A DNA stretch of 63,921 nucleotides, filler included, from Hyphochytrium catenoides (Eukaryota; Protista; Hyphochytriomycota), in assembly GCA_900088475.1 (NCBI GenBank). It is 10 parts of 10 records of this genome, joined end to end, with 100 filler letters (N's around TTAATTAATTAA, not from the genome) between each part and the next. Parts side by side here need not be neighbours in the genome. Positions count along the whole stretch, not along the records: positions 58,502 to 63,921 come from FLMG01000731.1; 9 more parts are not named here. One strand, 5' to 3'. The position numbers were made by a program, and so were the translations under genes. The notes below the pieces were generated by a model. It saw only the letters and a list, made by a program, of their open reading frames with translations, did not search any database and was not told the origin of the DNA. This document shows, one piece after another, positions 62,255 through 63,921 of the stretch (its first letter is position 1; the number at the start of each line of letters is the position of its first letter).

Positions 62255-63921
62255 TCGAAGAAGGGACTGAGGAGGAGAAGGAGGAGGTCGTCAGTGGGAA
62301 GGTGGAGCGAAGAAGGAAAGAGTGATGGTCGTCGGAAGGAGGGAAGAAATTCTTCGGTGGTCTAGAGAGCAGCGGAGGAGAGACATTATTCTGGATGAAG
62401 TCGTGGAACACTAATATTAGTCGTGCTGCCAGCAGTACTCAAAGTATCAGTAAAGACTTGTTGCCCGTGGTGTCGCAAGAGTAGCAGCAAAAAAAAAAGA
62501 CGATTGAGGAGAAAGAGTGGGAGAGGAGAGAAGAGTCCTGCTGCAGACGTACTATTACTACGACTAGGAGAAGGTAGTAAGGGGTGCGAGGAATGATGAA
62601 TAACAAGCAGACAGTAAAGGTAGAGGTGCTGCCAGGTGCTGCTGGCTGGCAGTCCGCCAGAGTTCGGCTTTATCTTGTTGTTTATAGAGCACTGCCACAC
62701 TGCCTTTACTTCCTCCTGTTACAAAGGAAGCCGCGGGTTGCTACGCTTGGAGCTGCAAGGAGCTGGTCTTCTTCTGATTGTCGCGCCGAATTCACATTAT
62801 TAGCTCTCTTCTTCTATGAAGAAGAACCTTCAATGCGTGGCAAAAAGTGGGGTTCGACCTCCTGGCGACTCTTTTTTCTGTTTCGGGAACTGATGGCGTG
62901 AGTTAAACGCTGAGGAGCAGGAGGAGGAGACAGGGAGGAGGAAGTGGAGAGAACGGAGGAGAAATCAGTGGTTGTAACGAAAACTGCCGCCTGCTCTTGT
63001 CGTTTCTCCTATTTATCCCTCCGCTGGCTGCAACGCTGCGCACTTTGTCGTCCTTCTCGTATTCTTATTTTTCCTTCAGTTCTTCTCATATTGTCTCTCA
63101 GCTCTTCTCTACTTTTTCCTCCCTCAGGCCATGGTCCTGCCTCCTCCTCCTCCATCCTACCGCCGCCCTCCTCCTCCTGAGCGAGCAGAGCAGAAGAGCA
63201 CATCATCAATCAATCCTGCATCGTCGTCCTTGATTACACCTGCTCGCTGCTGAGACATCCACAACCAAAAGGAAGTATTAGAAGGTGGCGACCCAACAAT
63301 TTGCTTCAATTCAAAGAAGCCCCCTCCCCTTCCATATCCAACAACAGTTACAGCCTAGCGGCCACTCTGGCTTTTACGGGCTTTCTTCTGCAGTTGTAGG
63401 TGACCAGAAGACCATCCTGCCTTCTTCCACCTCCTGCCTGCATCGCCCTCCTCCTCCTTCTTCCACTTCTTCTTCATATTCTCATTAGTGGTAGCGGGAG
63501 GAGGGGAGAGGGCGGAGTTGGAGGAGTATTGGGCGCTGTGAAGAGGATTGCCTATAGAATATTTTCATCGGCGACCAACAGCCACCCAGGCAGGCGGCGC
63601 CTTATCAAAGGAAAAAGCGGCGGTGAGATGACAGCCTATGGTCGGCTGTTTATGGCAAGAATTGGTGATGACTCATTCCCTCTTCGAAGTCCTTGTTGAA
63701 GTAGCCCTGAGCTCTGGACTAGCAATAACGATGGCAGCATGCACCTGGGAAACCAAGTAGAAAAGACAAGAAGTAGAAAGGACGCGAGAATTGACACAGA
63801 GTGAAGAAGCCATTTCTATTAGATGCTGTTTACAAAGTGAGGGCAGCAGCCATTGCTCTCTAGATGCTCCAATTGCAAGACGTCCCCATCATAAGAGAAG
63901 AAAGAACGAAGGGCTTCGCTT

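Noticed and set aside
62845-62870. GGTTCGACC as a tRNA T-loop
   Set aside because: No cloverleaf stems are evident around it. I recognised no tRNA or rRNA in the window.
1-63921. A multi-gene system or cluster spanning the window
   Set aside because: Nine artificial spacers show these are ten concatenated contigs, so cross-spacer neighbourhoods mean nothing.

Overview
Eukaryotic nuclear DNA, most likely from a non-diatom stramenopile. The evidence is a Myb-like domain and a membrane-protein family I recall from oomycetes, retained PEX7, canonical GT-AG introns and abundant AG/CT microsatellites. The window is not one locus. It is ten contigs or scaffolds joined by artificial 100-nt spacers (N44-TTAATTAATTAA-N44), so adjacency across spacers means nothing biologically. 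By splicing exons by hand I recovered these genes: a WLM (Wss1-like) metalloprotease, two complementary halves of ABCC transporter gene(s) at opposite ends of one contig, an internally duplicated membrane protein, a secreted tandem saposin-like precursor, a Myb-like protein, PEX7, an LRR protein, a small Spo12-motif protein, a 7TM-RGS protein, two orphan membrane-anchored ORFs, an intronless bacterial-like SnoaL/YybH protein, a two-IQ coiled-coil protein and an HSL-family hydrolase. Two contigs hold degenerate Ty1/copia elements and nested LTRs of at least three families, including a solo LTR with a perfect 5-bp target-site duplication (TSD). I found no convincing multi-gene novel system. The best leads are the cationic saposin-like polyprotein, the 7TM-RGS, the end-to-end ABCC arrangement, the LTR nest with a recurrent breakpoint and the candidate horizontally transferred gene. 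Family calls come from motif recognition, not database searches.
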